Of a stretch of 64,000 bases of DNA, positions 17,265 through 28,370 are shown piece by piece (the first letter of the stretch is position 1; each line of letters starts with the position of its first letter). The notes beneath the pieces are model-generated. The model was not told the origin of the DNA and ran no database searches. It saw only the letters and a list, made by a program, of their open reading frames with translations. The translations under genes were made by a program, and so were the position numbers. The stretch is from positions 25,944 through 89,943 of the forward strand of contig JBHHXN010000006.1 in NCBI GenBank assembly GCA_046757025.1, in the 5' to 3' direction. This DNA is from a bacterium (GTDB taxonomy: Bacteria; Zhuqueibacterota; Zhuqueibacteria; Oceanimicrobiales; Oceanimicrobiaceae).

Positions 17265-18536
17265 ATGCTAAAACTTTTTAATTCACCTGAATCTTTCTTG
17301 CAGGTGCAATCCACCAAAATGGACACCGACGAGGCGGTAGCTGAACAAGTGCGCAAAATCATCGTAAAAGTGCAATCCGAAGGGGATGCCGCTTTGCGTT
17401 TTTACACGCATAAATTCGATGGTGTCGCTGTACAGAATTTCAGAACCCCGCAAGAGAAAATCACGGCGGCAGGAAATAGTCTGCCTGATGAGCTTCGGCA
17501 GATTTTTAGCGAAGCCGTGGACAATGTGCATGCGTTTCATCAAAAACAGCTGCCGGTATCCTGGAATGACAAAAGCGAAGATGGTACCGAGCTGGGACTG
17601 CGTTTTACCCCCATAGCGAGTGTGGGGATTTACGTACCTGGTGGAACCGCCGCCTATCCATCCACGGTGATCATGACGGCGGTGCCAGCGCAAATCGCCG
17701 CAGTACCGCAGATTGCGTTGGTTTCGCCACCGGATCGAAACGGTTGCGTGAATCCGCTGGTTCTGGCGGTGGCCAATCTGCTGGGCATTCGAGACGTTTT
17801 CGCCGTCGGCGGCGCCCAGGCCATCGCTGCCCTGACTTACGGCACGGACACGATCCCAAAAGTCGATAAAATTATCGGGCCGGGCAATGCATTCGTAAAC
17901 GAAGCGAAAAGACAGGTCTTCGGTCTGGTGGGAATCGATGCCCTGGCCGGTCCAACGGAGCTGGTGATTCTTGCGGATGAAAGCGCGCCACCAGAATGGG
18001 TCGTTCGAGATCTGTGTGCGCAGGCTGAGCATGACGTTGCGGCGCGGGTGATCTTGATTTCCACGTCCAGATTGTTAATTCAGGAAGTCAACAATATTTT
18101 GCAAGCGTACATCAGCAAGGTTAAACGGAATGATATTTTACAGCAATCGTTGCGCGATCACGGGGCGGCTATTGTACTGAAGGAAATCCAGGAAGCTTAC
18201 GAGCTAATTAATAAAATCGCTCCCGAGCATCTTGAAATCATGACAAAAAATCCCGAACACAATTTTTCCCACATTCAAAATGCCGGCGCTATTTTTCTGG
18301 GCAAATACTCGCCAGCAGTGGTGGGAGATTATTTTGCCGGCAGTAACCACGTTTTGCCCACCGGCCGCAACGCGAGATTTGAATCGCCACTAAGCGTGTG
18401 GGATTTTATGAAATTCTCTTCCATCGTCAAATACTCGAAATCACGATTCAAAAAAGACGTTAGGAAAATTGCACGTTTTGCTGAATTGGAAAATCTCTTT
18501 AACCATCAGGCTGCTATGGAGTGTCGAAATGAATAG
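17265..18536 (+). CDS. hisD: Histidinol dehydrogenase
   Basis: GIYVPGGTAAYPS, GGAQAIAAL, GPGNAFV, QAEHD, APEHL, GSNHVLPT. Confidence 0.96.
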   Translation: MLKLFNSPESFLQVQSTKMDTDEAVAEQVRKIIVKVQSEGDAALRFYTHKFDGVAVQNFRTPQEKITAAGNSLPDELRQIFSEAVDNVHAFHQKQLPVSWNDKSEDGTELGLRFTPIASVGIYVPGGTAAYPSTVIMTAVPAQIAAVPQIALVSPPDRNGCVNPLVLAVANLLGIRDVFAVGGAQAIAALTYGTDTIPKVDKIIGPGNAFVNEAKRQVFGLVGIDALAGPTELVILADESAPPEWVVRDLCAQAEHDVAARVILISTSRLLIQEVNNILQAYISKVKRNDILQQSLRDHGAAIVLKEIQEAYELINKIAPEHLEIMTKNPEHNFSHIQNAGAIFLGKYSPAVVGDYFAGSNHVLPTGRNARFESPLSVWDFMKFSSIVKYSKSRFKKDVRKIARFAELENLFNHQAAMECRNE

Positions 18537-19608
18537 TTATCTCAAAAACATCAAATCGTCTATCCGCGAGCTTACTCCCTACACATTGGTACAGCATGAG
18601 TTCAAGGTGAAAATAAATCAAAACGAAAGTCCGTTTGATCTGCCTGATTGGCTCAAGCAAGAAATTCTGGCGGAATGCCTACAACTTTCCTGGAATCGCT
18701 ATCCGTCGTTCAATCCGAATCGGTTGCTGGAACGATTAGCTGCGTTGTTGAAAATTTCTTCAGAGCAGCTACTCGTGGGAAACGGCTCCAATGAGCTGTT
18801 GCAGCTTCTTATGACCGCTGTTTTAAATGAACAAAAAAAGCTGCTGCTTGTTCAACCAACTTTTTTGATCTATCAGAAAGTCTGTTCACTCACTGGCGCT
18901 GAACCCATCCGCCTGGAATTTGCTGCAGACTGGTCTTTTCCTGTTGAAGCAATTCTCGAGGTCATCGAAAAAAACAAGGTGGCTCTTTGTATTTTTTGTT
19001 CGCCGAACAATCCCACCGGCTCCACACTCAAAGCGAAGGATTTGCGGAAAATACTAGAGCGCACCTCCGGCCTGGTGTTAGTGGATGAAGCTTATCATGA
19101 ATTTTCAAATGAGCGTTATTTGAATCTTCTCCCCCTGTATCAAAACTTGATATTGACACGAACGTTTTCCAAAGCCCTTGGGCTGGCCGGACTGCGTGTT
19201 GGTTATTTAATCGCGCATCCTGCTATCATCACCGAATTGCGCAAAGCCAAATTACCCTACAATTTGAATGCGTTCTCAGAAATTGTGGCTGCAAAATCGT
19301 TGCAGCATTTTGATTTAATCGAAATAAATATCCAGAAGATAAAAACAGAAAAGCGGCGCTTGGTACAGGCTCTCTCCGATATTCCAGAAAACACGGTTTA
19401 TCCGTCGCAGGCAAATTTTTTCATGCTGGAAACGCCGGTTGCAGCGAAGGCACTTTTCGATTATTTAATCAAACGCGGAGTTTGGGTGCGAGACATTTCC
19501 CAACATCACCCACGCCTTCAAAACGTTTTGAGGATCACCGTGGGTAAAAAGTCGGAGAACGACCGCCTGTTTGAGCTGATTGAAAATTTTATTAGGAGTG
19601 AAATCTAA
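18529..19608 (+). CDS. hisC: Histidinol-phosphate aminotransferase
   Basis: NESP, NRYP, GNGSNE, SPNNPTG, VDEAY, RTFSKALGLAGLRVG. ATG overlaps the end of hisD. Confidence 0.95.
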   Translation: MNSYLKNIKSSIRELTPYTLVQHEFKVKINQNESPFDLPDWLKQEILAECLQLSWNRYPSFNPNRLLERLAALLKISSEQLLVGNGSNELLQLLMTAVLNEQKKLLLVQPTFLIYQKVCSLTGAEPIRLEFAADWSFPVEAILEVIEKNKVALCIFCSPNNPTGSTLKAKDLRKILERTSGLVLVDEAYHEFSNERYLNLLPLYQNLILTRTFSKALGLAGLRVGYLIAHPAIITELRKAKLPYNLNAFSEIVAAKSLQHFDLIEINIQKIKTEKRRLVQALSDIPENTVYPSQANFFMLETPVAAKALFDYLIKRGVWVRDISQHHPRLQNVLRITVGKKSENDRLFELIENFIRSEI

Positions 19609-19680
19609 AAGACCTTTTTGCAAAAAAAAGCGGCAGTTTTAAAGTTCAATTAAAAATATTCACTAAATGAAAACAGGAAA

Positions 19681-20259
19681 ATGGCCAAAATAAAAAGAAT
19701 CACCAAAGAGACGAACGTAGTACTTGAACTAACGTTAAGCGGTGAAGGTAAAAGTGAAATCGCAACGGGGATCGGATTTTTTGACCACCTGCTTGAGCTC
19801 TTGGCATTTCACGGCTGCTTCGATTTAAAAGTCCAGTGTGAAGGCGATTTGACCGTTTGTGGGCACCATTCCGTGGAAGACGTCGGCATGGTTTTGGGGC
19901 AGGCTTTCTTCCAGGAGTGGCAGGTCTCGAAAGATCTTCAGCGATTTGGACAGGCGCACATTCCCATGGACGACGCCCTGGCAAGCGCGGTGGTGGACAT
20001 TTCGGGTAGATCTTTTCTGGTGTTTCACGCTGAATTTAAAAGTCCCAAAGTGGGAGATTTTGAAACCGAACTGGTTCGAGAGTTTTTTCAGGCCTTTGTG
20101 AGTCACGGCCGAATCAATTTGCATTTGCAGGTGCTTTATGGCGAGAATACCCACCACCAGATTGAAGCTCTGTTTAAAGCGGCAGCGGTAGCTTTACGTC
20201 GCGCCCTCCGGCTGGATTCGGAGCGAAAAGGCGTGGCTTCCACTAAAGGAAAACTTTAA
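19681..20259 (+). CDS. hisB: Imidazoleglycerol-phosphate dehydratase (monofunctional)
   Basis: TGIGFFDHLL, HHSVED, PMDDAL, NTHHQIEALFKA, STKG; no N-terminal HAD phosphatase domain. Confidence 0.96.
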   Translation: MAKIKRITKETNVVLELTLSGEGKSEIATGIGFFDHLLELLAFHGCFDLKVQCEGDLTVCGHHSVEDVGMVLGQAFFQEWQVSKDLQRFGQAHIPMDDALASAVVDISGRSFLVFHAEFKSPKVGDFETELVREFFQAFVSHGRINLHLQVLYGENTHHQIEALFKAAAVALRRALRLDSERKGVASTKGKL

Positions 20260-20282
20260 AGGATGCGAGTTTGGTGTAAAAT

Positions 20283-20885
20283 ATGAGAATTTCAATCGCT
20301 GACTATGGCGTGGGTAACCTGAAAAGTTTGCAAAACGCGTTTTGGTATTTAGGCGTAAAATCAAAAATTATTCGGACCCCGGAAGAGCTGCGGCGCGCAA
20401 GTAAGATCGTTCTGCCAGGAGTCGGGGCGTTTGGTTACGCCATGCGCAACATTCGAAGCCAGAACCTTGAAACCGCCATCAAAGAAACCGCGCAGCACGG
20501 AACGCCGATATTAGGCATTTGCCTGGGGATGCAGTTATTGCTGACCAAAAGCGATGAAGGCGGCTGCTTTTACGGGTTGGATTTGCTTCCGGGCTGCGTG
20601 AAAAAGATGCCGGTGAAATTGAAATTGCCACACATCGGTTGGAATCAAATCAAATCGGTGGCCCATTCACAACTTCTGGCCGATTTGCCTGATTCAAATT
20701 ACGGTTATTTCGTGCATTCTTACTTTTGCGCGCTGGGCGATTCGCAATTCGTGCAGGCGACCACCAACTATGGATTTACTTTCACATCGGTTTTTGTAAA
20801 AGAAAATATTTTTGGTGTGCAGTTCCATCCGGAAAAAAGTCAGGAATTGGGATTGCGTATTTTACAGAATTTTGCGGAGATGTAA
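20283..20885 (+). CDS. hisH: Imidazole glycerol phosphate synthase, glutaminase subunit
   Basis: DYGVGNL, LPGVGAF, GICLGMQ, PHIGWN, YFVHSY, QFHPEKS. Confidence 0.96.
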   Translation: MRISIADYGVGNLKSLQNAFWYLGVKSKIIRTPEELRRASKIVLPGVGAFGYAMRNIRSQNLETAIKETAQHGTPILGICLGMQLLLTKSDEGGCFYGLDLLPGCVKKMPVKLKLPHIGWNQIKSVAHSQLLADLPDSNYGYFVHSYFCALGDSQFVQATTNYGFTFTSVFVKENIFGVQFHPEKSQELGLRILQNFAEM

Positions 20886-20887
20886 AA

Positions 20888-21601
20888 ATGCTCATCATTC
20901 CAGCCATCGACATCAAAGACGGCGCCTGTGTGCGGTTACAGCAGGGTGCATTTAACGCTAAAACGATCTACGCTCACGACCCCATTGAAATCGCTCAACA
21001 TTTTAAATCATCTGGGGCTAAAAAATTACACGTGGTAGATTTGGACGGCGCCGAATCTGGCACTTCCCAAAATACCGATGTCATCAATAAAATGATCAAT
21101 CAGGTGGCGCTCCCGATTCAGTTAGGCGGCGGAATACGCTCGCTAAACGCCATGAAATTTTGGCTGGATGCCGGCGTGGAGAAGGTCATCGTAGGCTCGC
21201 TGGCAGCACACAATCCAGAGCAGTTGTTTGAAGCGCTGAATAAATATGAGCCCGAACAAATCATTTTGGCAGTGGATGCCATAGGAGGCAGAGTGGCGGT
21301 TCGCGGCTGGCAGGAAAGCACGTCTATTACCGCCTTAGATATGATCTTAAAATTTAAACCTGCGGGATTGCAGCGACTGCTTTATACCGACATTTTGAGG
21401 GATGGCATGCTCACCGGGCCGAACCTCCAAGCAACCAAACATATCGCACAAAGCTCCGGTTTGAAAGTCATCGCTTCGGGCGGCGTTTCGTCAAAGCAGG
21501 ATTTGGATGATCTTAAAAAATTGCAAGATTACGGCGTGGACAGTGTGGTGGTGGGCAAAGCATTTTATGAACGCCTAATTTTACCCGAAGAGGTTCTTTA
21601 A
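20888..21601 (+). CDS. hisA: ProFAR isomerase
   Basis: IIPAIDIKDGACVRL, LHVVDLDGA, QLGGGIR, YTDILRDGMLTGPN, IASGG. Confidence 0.96.
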   Translation: MLIIPAIDIKDGACVRLQQGAFNAKTIYAHDPIEIAQHFKSSGAKKLHVVDLDGAESGTSQNTDVINKMINQVALPIQLGGGIRSLNAMKFWLDAGVEKVIVGSLAAHNPEQLFEALNKYEPEQIILAVDAIGGRVAVRGWQESTSITALDMILKFKPAGLQRLLYTDILRDGMLTGPNLQATKHIAQSSGLKVIASGGVSSKQDLDDLKKLQDYGVDSVVVGKAFYERLILPEEVL

Positions 21602-22359
21602 TGCTGGCCAAAAGAATCATTCCTTGCCTAGATGTGAAAGCCGGCCGAGTGGTCAAAGGGGTACAATTTCAGAATTTGAAAGACGCAGGAGATCCGGTCG
21701 AGCTGGCAAAACATTATGTACGGGAAAGGGCCGATGAGTTGGTGTTTTTGGATATCACGGCCACCCAGGAGCAGCGGCCGCTTGTTTACAATCTGGTTGA
21801 ACGGATCGCGGATCAAGTTTTTATTCCGTTCACTATCGGCGGCGGTTTAACTTCGGTATCTGAAATTCGGGAGATTTTAACGCGCGGCGCCGACAAGATC
21901 GCACTGAACACCGCGGCTGTCTTAAATCCTGAGCTGATTAAACAAGCTGCAGAAAATTTCGGTTCACAGTGCGTAGTGGTGGCAATGGATGTTAAAAGAC
22001 AACCAAATGGGTGCTATCAGGTGTACACCCACGGCGGTAACCGAGCCACACATCTCGATGCTCTGGAGTGGGCGCTGAAAGCAGAAGCATTGGGGGCAGG
22101 AGAAATCTTGCTTACCAGCATGGATCGCGATGGCAGCAACCGCGGCTTTGATTTGCAGATCACCTATAAAATTTCGACTTCGGTGAATATTCCCGTTATC
22201 GCCTCGGGCGGGGGCGGCAAACTCGACCATTTTGTAGAAGTGTTTGAACAGGGCAAAGCGGATGCCGCACTAGCTGCGTCCGTTTTTCATTTCAATAAAT
22301 TTAACATAAAAGAAGTCAAAGCGCATTTAATGAATCATAACATCGTGGTGAGAAAATGA
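21601..22359 (+). CDS. hisF: Imidazole glycerol phosphate synthase, cyclase subunit
   Basis: [46 protein letters not shown]. Confidence 0.97.
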   Translation: MLAKRIIPCLDVKAGRVVKGVQFQNLKDAGDPVELAKHYVRERADELVFLDITATQEQRPLVYNLVERIADQVFIPFTIGGGLTSVSEIREILTRGADKIALNTAAVLNPELIKQAAENFGSQCVVVAMDVKRQPNGCYQVYTHGGNRATHLDALEWALKAEALGAGEILLTSMDRDGSNRGFDLQITYKISTSVNIPVIASGGGGKLDHFVEVFEQGKADAALAASVFHFNKFNIKEVKAHLMNHNIVVRK

Positions 22360-22682
22360 CCATAGAAAATTTACCTAAATTAAAATATGACCAGAATGGT
22401 TTCATACCTGCCATTGCACAAGATCATCAAACGAAAGAGATTTTGATGTTGGCCTATATGAATCGGGAAAGTCTGGAAATTACTTTGAAAGAAAAAAAAG
22501 CTTGTTATTTTTCTCGCTCCCGGAAAAAACTCTGGCGGAAAGGGGAGACCAGCGGCCATTTTCAAATCATCAAATCCATAAAATACGACTGCGATGCCGA
22601 TGCGCTGCTTTTACAGATCGAGCAGATTGGCGCTGCCTGTCACACAGGGCATCGCAGCTGCTTTTATCGTTCCCTTATATAA
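22356..22682 (+). CDS. hisI: Phosphoribosyl-AMP cyclohydrolase (stand-alone, no HisE domain)
   Basis: [40 protein letters not shown]; 108 aa. Confidence 0.95.
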   Translation: MTIENLPKLKYDQNGFIPAIAQDHQTKEILMLAYMNRESLEITLKEKKACYFSRSRKKLWRKGETSGHFQIIKSIKYDCDADALLLQIEQIGAACHTGHRSCFYRSLI

Positions 22683-22901
22683 TAAAGATTAGCAGCAACC
22701 ACTCCGAGAAATTTTGACTGCATCGGACTTTTCATTGAAATTACTTGCCGGTTTCCTTTGCACAGGCTGTTGTTCAATGAATTCTTTTTGTAGCAGATAG
22801 AAACTTAACCTGCACACATTTTCTGCAATTTAATCCAATTGCGGTTGATTCTTTGCTTCTACTTTAATAAATTTAAAATCAGCAACAAATGCGACTGTTT
22901 A

Positions 22902-23032
22902 GTGTCTGAAAGGAAACTCGAGAAATGCGCGATTGGAGAGCCTCTTCGCGAAGGGGTTAACGCCGAGCTAAACAGGAATTCACCCTCGGCCAGGAGGCCT
23001 TCGAGAAGATAGGGTAGTTTTCGGTCAGACAT
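22902..23032. mobile_element. 131-bp MITE (family B), copy 2, inverted
   Basis: Reverse complement of 9616-9746 (shared blocks CTCGAGAAATGCGC and CCCTCGGCCAGGAGGCCTTCG); flanks TGTTTA / TATTTC. Confidence 0.7.
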
Positions 23033-23171
23033 TATTTCACACAATAATAAATCCGCAGAATCGACCGAAAATATAAGTGAGTGGAACAGCAAAACAGTAG
23101 CGGTTCAAATATACAATGCACCAGAAGGCGACATTCAATCCCATCGTAAACCGAGTAAATGAGAGAACAAC

Positions 23172-24404
23172 ATGACGAGGAACCGGAACATTCAGACCAA
23201 ACAAATTCAAAATTTAGCAAACGATATCACAGATGAAATTATTAACCTGCGAAGATATTTTCACCAGTACCCGGAGTTGAGCTGGAAGGAACATAAAACC
23301 GCCACGCACTTGCGAGAAATTTTAGTGGCTGAGGGTTTGCGGGTGAAATCCGGCATTTGCGGGACCGGCCTGGTAGCAGAGCTCAACGGTCAAGCGGCGG
23401 GTAAAACGCTGGCCATTCGTTCCGACATGGACGGCTTACCGATGTACGACGCAAAAGACGTCTCCTTTGCTTCGAAAGTCACGGGCGTGATGCACGCCTG
23501 CGGCCACGATGCGCACATGGCCATGGCTGTGGGTGCCGCCCGTGTATTGAACCGACTCGGATTCGAGCTGTCGGGAAACGTGCGTTTCATTTTTCAGCCC
23601 TCGGAAGAAGCTGCACCTAGCGGCGCCAGCGAACTGGTGAAAGAAGGCGTTATGCAAGACGTGGACAGCATTGTGGCCTTCCATGTTGACCCGGAAATGC
23701 CAGTGGGCAAAATCGGATTGCGGGCTGGTATTTTGACCGCACACTGCAACGAGTTTAATCTGACTATTTTGGGTAAGAGCGGTCACGCCGCACGTCCTCA
23801 CCAGGCCATCGATACCATCCATCTCAGCAATCGTGTCATGAGTGCGCTTTACGAAATTACCGCCAAACGCACACAGACTTTTTCCCCTGCGGTTTTGTCC
23901 ATTGGTAAGATTGGGGGCGGAAGCAAAGCTAACATCATCCCCGAGCGCGTAGATATCCAGGGAACCATTCGCACGGTGGATGAGCAAAGCCAGAATGAAA
24001 TCCTCAGTGCCATCGAAGAGTCGGTGCATGCAATCACGCGCTCCGCTGGCGGCACCTACCAACTGGAATTTCTCTCGCCCGTGCCGTCGGTGGTCAACGA
24101 TCCCCAGATCACGCAACTCATACGAGAGGCTGCCGCCTCGGTTCTGCAGGAGGACAACATTGTCGAGATTCAAAATGTCAGTATGGGCGGGGAAGATTTT
24201 TCCTGGTATCTGAAAAATACTCCTGGCGCTCTGATTCGACTGGGCGTGCACAAAGAGGGAGAAGAAATTCGCTACCTGCACACCCACCATTTTGATATCG
24301 ACGAGCAGGCCTTGCCCATTGGAGTCGCGCTCATGTGCCAGATCGTGCTGTATTATTTTTCGGATTCCAATCCTTTTGATGAACCCATTTTGCATGGTCG
24401 ATAA
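23172..24404 (+). CDS. M20D family amidohydrolase
   Basis: FHQYPELSW, RSDMDGLP, MHACGHDAH, FQPSEE, GKSGHAARPH, MGGEDFS, LHTHHFD. Confidence 0.92.
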   Translation: MTRNRNIQTKQIQNLANDITDEIINLRRYFHQYPELSWKEHKTATHLREILVAEGLRVKSGICGTGLVAELNGQAAGKTLAIRSDMDGLPMYDAKDVSFASKVTGVMHACGHDAHMAMAVGAARVLNRLGFELSGNVRFIFQPSEEAAPSGASELVKEGVMQDVDSIVAFHVDPEMPVGKIGLRAGILTAHCNEFNLTILGKSGHAARPHQAIDTIHLSNRVMSALYEITAKRTQTFSPAVLSIGKIGGGSKANIIPERVDIQGTIRTVDEQSQNEILSAIEESVHAITRSAGGTYQLEFLSPVPSVVNDPQITQLIREAAASVLQEDNIVEIQNVSMGGEDFSWYLKNTPGALIRLGVHKEGEEIRYLHTHHFDIDEQALPIGVALMCQIVLYYFSDSNPFDEPILHGR

Positions 24405-25782
24405 ATTTAAAAAACATCTCGAGCAAAATCGTTTCTTTACCGTTGGAGATAAAATTCTGCTGGCGGTGTCCGGTGGCATGGACTCGGTGGCCATGCTGCA
24501 TCTGTTTTATCGATTGAAGAACCAATTGCAGTTGCAATTTAGCATCGTACATGTGCATCACGGCATCAGAGGGGCGGAGGCGGACGAGGATCTGGAATTT
24601 GTAAGGAAATTGGCCGAAAACTACCAAATGCCGTTTTATTTTCGCAAGGTGGATGCGGTAAAGTATGCCTCCATAAACCGGCTATCTCTCGAAGAAGGCG
24701 CGCGGGAATTGCGCTATCAGGCCTATGCAGAAGTGTTGAGGGAAAGTGGCAGCCTGAAAGTGGCGACAGCCCACAACGCGAACGATCAAGCAGAGACCGT
24801 TTTAGATCGCCTGCTGCGCGGTAGCGGAATTTCTGGGTTGTGTGGAATTCCAGCAGTGCGGGGGCGGTATTTTCGACCGCTGTTGATTTTTGATCGCACT
24901 GAAATCGAAAATTATGTGCAGCAACTAAATCTAAGTTACCGGCAAGATTCAAGCAATCGCGATTTGCGCTTCAAACGAAATCGTATCAGGAATACGTTAA
25001 TGCCATATTTAACTGCTAATTTCAATCCCAATTTGGTTGCAACGCTTTGCCGTATGGGGAAGATTTTTACTGAAAATGAACGTTATCTTCGCGTCCAGTC
25101 TAAACAGGCCTTTAAATCCTTAGTTTTGTTACACAAAAAAAATGAAATAGTTCTTGATATTGTTGGATTTTTAAATTATTTTGAAATAATACAAAAATAT
25201 ATTTTAATTGAGGCATGTGAAGCCCTAAATATAAAAAAAATTGCTCTTACTTTTGATAAATTAGAAAGCATTGTTACGCTCATAAAAAATCGCAACATTG
25301 GAAAAAAAGTCGCCATAAATAAACAATTTCAGCTCAGTATTGACCACGACGGGATTGTCATAAACCAGAGCAAAGAAAAGCCGTCGGTACTCAAATTAAA
25401 CTTACTAAAAGAGACATCCTGCAATTATCAGAATTATGAACTTCATTGGAAGATTTACAAAAGAACCTCAAAATTACAATTAAACCAAATAAAAAACGCG
25501 GAAGTAGTCGATTTTGATAAAGCTGGCAGTCGATTATTGTTGAGAACATTGCAACCAGGAGATAGATTTATTCCGCTAAATTTTACCGGACATAAAAAGG
25601 TTTCTGACTATTTTTCCGATCAAAAAATACCTCATCATTTACGAACAGAAATTCCTATTTTAGAAGCACCCACTGGCATTATTTGGATATGTGGTCATTG
25701 CATTGATGATCGCTTTAAGGTGACCAGTGAAACATCAAAAATACTTAAATTGGAGTTAGTGGAACCCATCAATGCAGAATGA
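24394..25782 (+). CDS. tilS: tRNA(Ile)-lysidine synthetase
   Basis: PP-loop AVSGGMDS, HVHHGIR, ARELRY, TAHNANDQAET, DSSN, RNRIR; position upstream of hpt-ftsH. Confidence 0.95.
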   Translation: MVDKFKKHLEQNRFFTVGDKILLAVSGGMDSVAMLHLFYRLKNQLQLQFSIVHVHHGIRGAEADEDLEFVRKLAENYQMPFYFRKVDAVKYASINRLSLEEGARELRYQAYAEVLRESGSLKVATAHNANDQAETVLDRLLRGSGISGLCGIPAVRGRYFRPLLIFDRTEIENYVQQLNLSYRQDSSNRDLRFKRNRIRNTLMPYLTANFNPNLVATLCRMGKIFTENERYLRVQSKQAFKSLVLLHKKNEIVLDIVGFLNYFEIIQKYILIEACEALNIKKIALTFDKLESIVTLIKNRNIGKKVAINKQFQLSIDHDGIVINQSKEKPSVLKLNLLKETSCNYQNYELHWKIYKRTSKLQLNQIKNAEVVDFDKAGSRLLLRTLQPGDRFIPLNFTGHKKVSDYFSDQKIPHHLRTEIPILEAPTGIIWICGHCIDDRFKVTSETSKILKLELVEPINAE

Positions 25783-26320
25783 AGAAACCCAAAAATTTTT
25801 TAAAAGCAATAATTATGAAATCCTGCTGACTCGGGCACAGATTGAAGCGAAAGTCAAAGAGCTGGGGGAGCAAATATCCCGGGATTATGAGGGTAAATGT
25901 CCTATTTTGATCGGGGTTTTGAACGGTAGTTTCATTTTCTGTGCGGATCTCTTTCGCGAAATCTCCATCGATTGTGAAGTGGATTTTATTAAAATCTCAA
26001 GTTATGGCGATAAAACCGAAACATCTGGTGTGGTAAAGTTGTTGAAAGATATTGACGCTCATTTAAAGGACAGACACGTCGTGGTTGTGGAAGATATCGT
26101 CGATTCCGGATACTCTGTGCAATATTTAGAAAATAGAATGAAAATGGCGAATCCCAAATCGTTAAAATTCGTTTCATTATTGGTTAAAGAAGGCGGTAAG
26201 CAGGTTCCGTACGAAATAGATTACATCGGATTCAAAATACCGAATCGATTTGTGGTCGGATATGGGTTGGATTATGCACAAAAATTCCGAAATTTACGAG
26301 ATATTTATTTAATGGATTAG
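25772..26320 (+). CDS. hpt: Hypoxanthine phosphoribosyltransferase
   Basis: GVLNGS, VVVVEDIVDSG PRPP-binding loop, FVVGYGLD. Confidence 0.96.
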   Translation: MQNEETQKFFKSNNYEILLTRAQIEAKVKELGEQISRDYEGKCPILIGVLNGSFIFCADLFREISIDCEVDFIKISSYGDKTETSGVVKLLKDIDAHLKDRHVVVVEDIVDSGYSVQYLENRMKMANPKSLKFVSLLVKEGGKQVPYEIDYIGFKIPNRFVVGYGLDYAQKFRNLRDIYLMD

Positions 26321-26354
26321 CAACAAAATCAACGTTAACAAGGAATAGAAGATT

Positions 26355-28367
26355 TTGAATAAAAAAGAAAGCAGAAATCAACATTCGCCCAACCGAAAGA
26401 ATCAGAAAAAGGATGAAAATTTTCAATGGAAGAAAGCCACTCGCACCTTGACATTTTGGTTGATCATCATCTTTCTCTCGATATTTTTATCTCAAACCTG
26501 GAATTTCAATGAACGCGGTGAAGTTGAGATCTCTTATTCACAATTCATGGAGCATCTCAAAAATAATCAGATTATTGACGCCATCGTTGAAAACAAGGAA
26601 TTTCATGGCAAGTTAGCCAGCGAAGCCAGTCATGATTTCAATGGAAAAAGAGAAATCTACACCAAATTTAAGACCACTTTGCCAGAAGCTCCTACCGAAG
26701 AGACGGCTCAGCTTTGGTTAGAAGAATATCATCTGACCCTAAAATTTAAAGAAATCTCCAACGATTGGTGGAGTTATCTGCTCAATCTCTTGCCCTGGGT
26801 GCTGTTCGGGGTGTTCTGGATTTTTTTATTGCGGCGAATGCAAGGCGGAGGAGCCAAAGGTATTTTTACTTTTGGCAAGTCAAAAGCAAAACTGCTCACG
26901 GAAAATCAGGCCCGGGTGACGTTTGAACATGTCGCAGGTGCGGATGAAGCTAAACAAGAATTGCGGGAAATCATCGAATTTCTGAAGGAACCGGAAAAAT
27001 TTCAAAAGCTGGGCGGTAAAATTCCAAAGGGCGCCTTGTTGTTGGGACCGCCCGGAACGGGAAAAACGCTGTTGGCCAAAGCCGTGGCTGGCGAAGCTGG
27101 CGTGCCGTTTTTTAGTATGTCCGGCGCTGATTTTGTCGAAATGTTTGTGGGAGTGGGTGCTTCGCGCGTGCGCGACCTGTTTGAGCAGGGGAAGAAAAAT
27201 GCCCCTTGCATCATCTTCATCGATGAAGTGGATGCCGTTGGCCGACATCGCGGAGCTGGTTTGGGCGGGGGACACGACGAACGCGAGCAGACGCTGAATC
27301 AGCTTTTAGTAGAAATGGATGGTTTTGATTCCAACGAAGGTGTTATTTTGATTGCGGCCACTAACCGGCCGGATGTGTTGGATCACGCACTGCTGCGGCC
27401 GGGTCGATTTGACCGACGTATTGTGGTGGATTGGCCGGACTTGCGCGGCAGAGAGGGCATTTTACGAGTGCATTCAAAAAATATTCCACTATCAAAAGAT
27501 GTCAACCTGCCCAATCTGGCCAAAGGCACGCCGGGATTTTCGGGTGCGGATCTGGCCAATTTGGTTAACGAAGCGGCGCTTGCGGCTGCCCGCCAGAACA
27601 AAGACTTCGTTGAAATGAGGGATCTGGAGGAAGCCAAAGATAAAGTGATGATGGGCGCCGAACGCCGAAGCATGCTTATCAGTGATTATGAAAAAAAGGT
27701 CACGGCTTATCATGAAGCCGGGCACGTGTTGGTGGCGAAATATTCGCCCAGCTCGGACCCGGTTTACAAGGTCACCATAATTCCGAGAGGCCGTGCGCTC
27801 GGTCTGATGACCTCATTGCCCGAAGATGAGAAGCACAGTTATTCCAAAGCCTATTGGGAATCTCGCATTGCCATTGCCCTGGGCGGTCGCGCTGCTGAAA
27901 AGCTGGTCATGAACGAGCTTACTACCGGCGCAGGCAATGATTTAGAAAAAGCATCGGATATTGCCAGAAAAATGGTGTGTGAATGGGGGATGAGTGAAAA
28001 ATTAGGCCCCCTGACTTTTGGCAAAAAAGAAGAAGAGATCTTTCTTGGAAGAGAAATTGCCAAGCATCGTGATTACAGCGAAAATACCGCGCAGATTATC
28101 GATGCGGAAGTGACCCGGATTGTCACAACCGCAGAAAGACAGGCCGAAGGCATTCTCAATAAACATATCGACAAACTGCACGCTTTGTCGAAAGCGTTGC
28201 TTGAACGGGAAGTTCTGGACGGCGATGAAATCAATCAGGTGCTCAACGGCCAAACTTTGAAACCCATGAAAAGTAAAAACGAGCCTAAAAAAGCCAAATC
28301 ACGAAAAAAAAAACGAAGTGGTCAGCGACTTGAATTAGATGCGCAACCTTTGGAGAAAAAAATGTAA
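26355..28367 (+). CDS. ftsH: ATP-dependent zinc metalloprotease FtsH
   Basis: Two TMs, [32 protein letters not shown]. Confidence 0.98.
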   Translation: MNKKESRNQHSPNRKNQKKDENFQWKKATRTLTFWLIIIFLSIFLSQTWNFNERGEVEISYSQFMEHLKNNQIIDAIVENKEFHGKLASEASHDFNGKREIYTKFKTTLPEAPTEETAQLWLEEYHLTLKFKEISNDWWSYLLNLLPWVLFGVFWIFLLRRMQGGGAKGIFTFGKSKAKLLTENQARVTFEHVAGADEAKQELREIIEFLKEPEKFQKLGGKIPKGALLLGPPGTGKTLLAKAVAGEAGVPFFSMSGADFVEMFVGVGASRVRDLFEQGKKNAPCIIFIDEVDAVGRHRGAGLGGGHDEREQTLNQLLVEMDGFDSNEGVILIAATNRPDVLDHALLRPGRFDRRIVVDWPDLRGREGILRVHSKNIPLSKDVNLPNLAKGTPGFSGADLANLVNEAALAAARQNKDFVEMRDLEEAKDKVMMGAERRSMLISDYEKKVTAYHEAGHVLVAKYSPSSDPVYKVTIIPRGRALGLMTSLPEDEKHSYSKAYWESRIAIALGGRAAEKLVMNELTTGAGNDLEKASDIARKMVCEWGMSEKLGPLTFGKKEEEIFLGREIAKHRDYSENTAQIIDAEVTRIVTTAERQAEGILNKHIDKLHALSKALLEREVLDGDEINQVLNGQTLKPMKSKNEPKKAKSRKKKRSGQRLELDAQPLEKKM

Positions 28368-28370
28368 CAA

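Noticed and set aside
17283..18032. 249-aa minus-strand ORF
   Set aside because: Entirely antisense to hisD.
23436..24494. 352-aa minus-strand ORF
   Set aside because: Antisense shadow of the M20 amidohydrolase and tilS start; no recognisable motifs.
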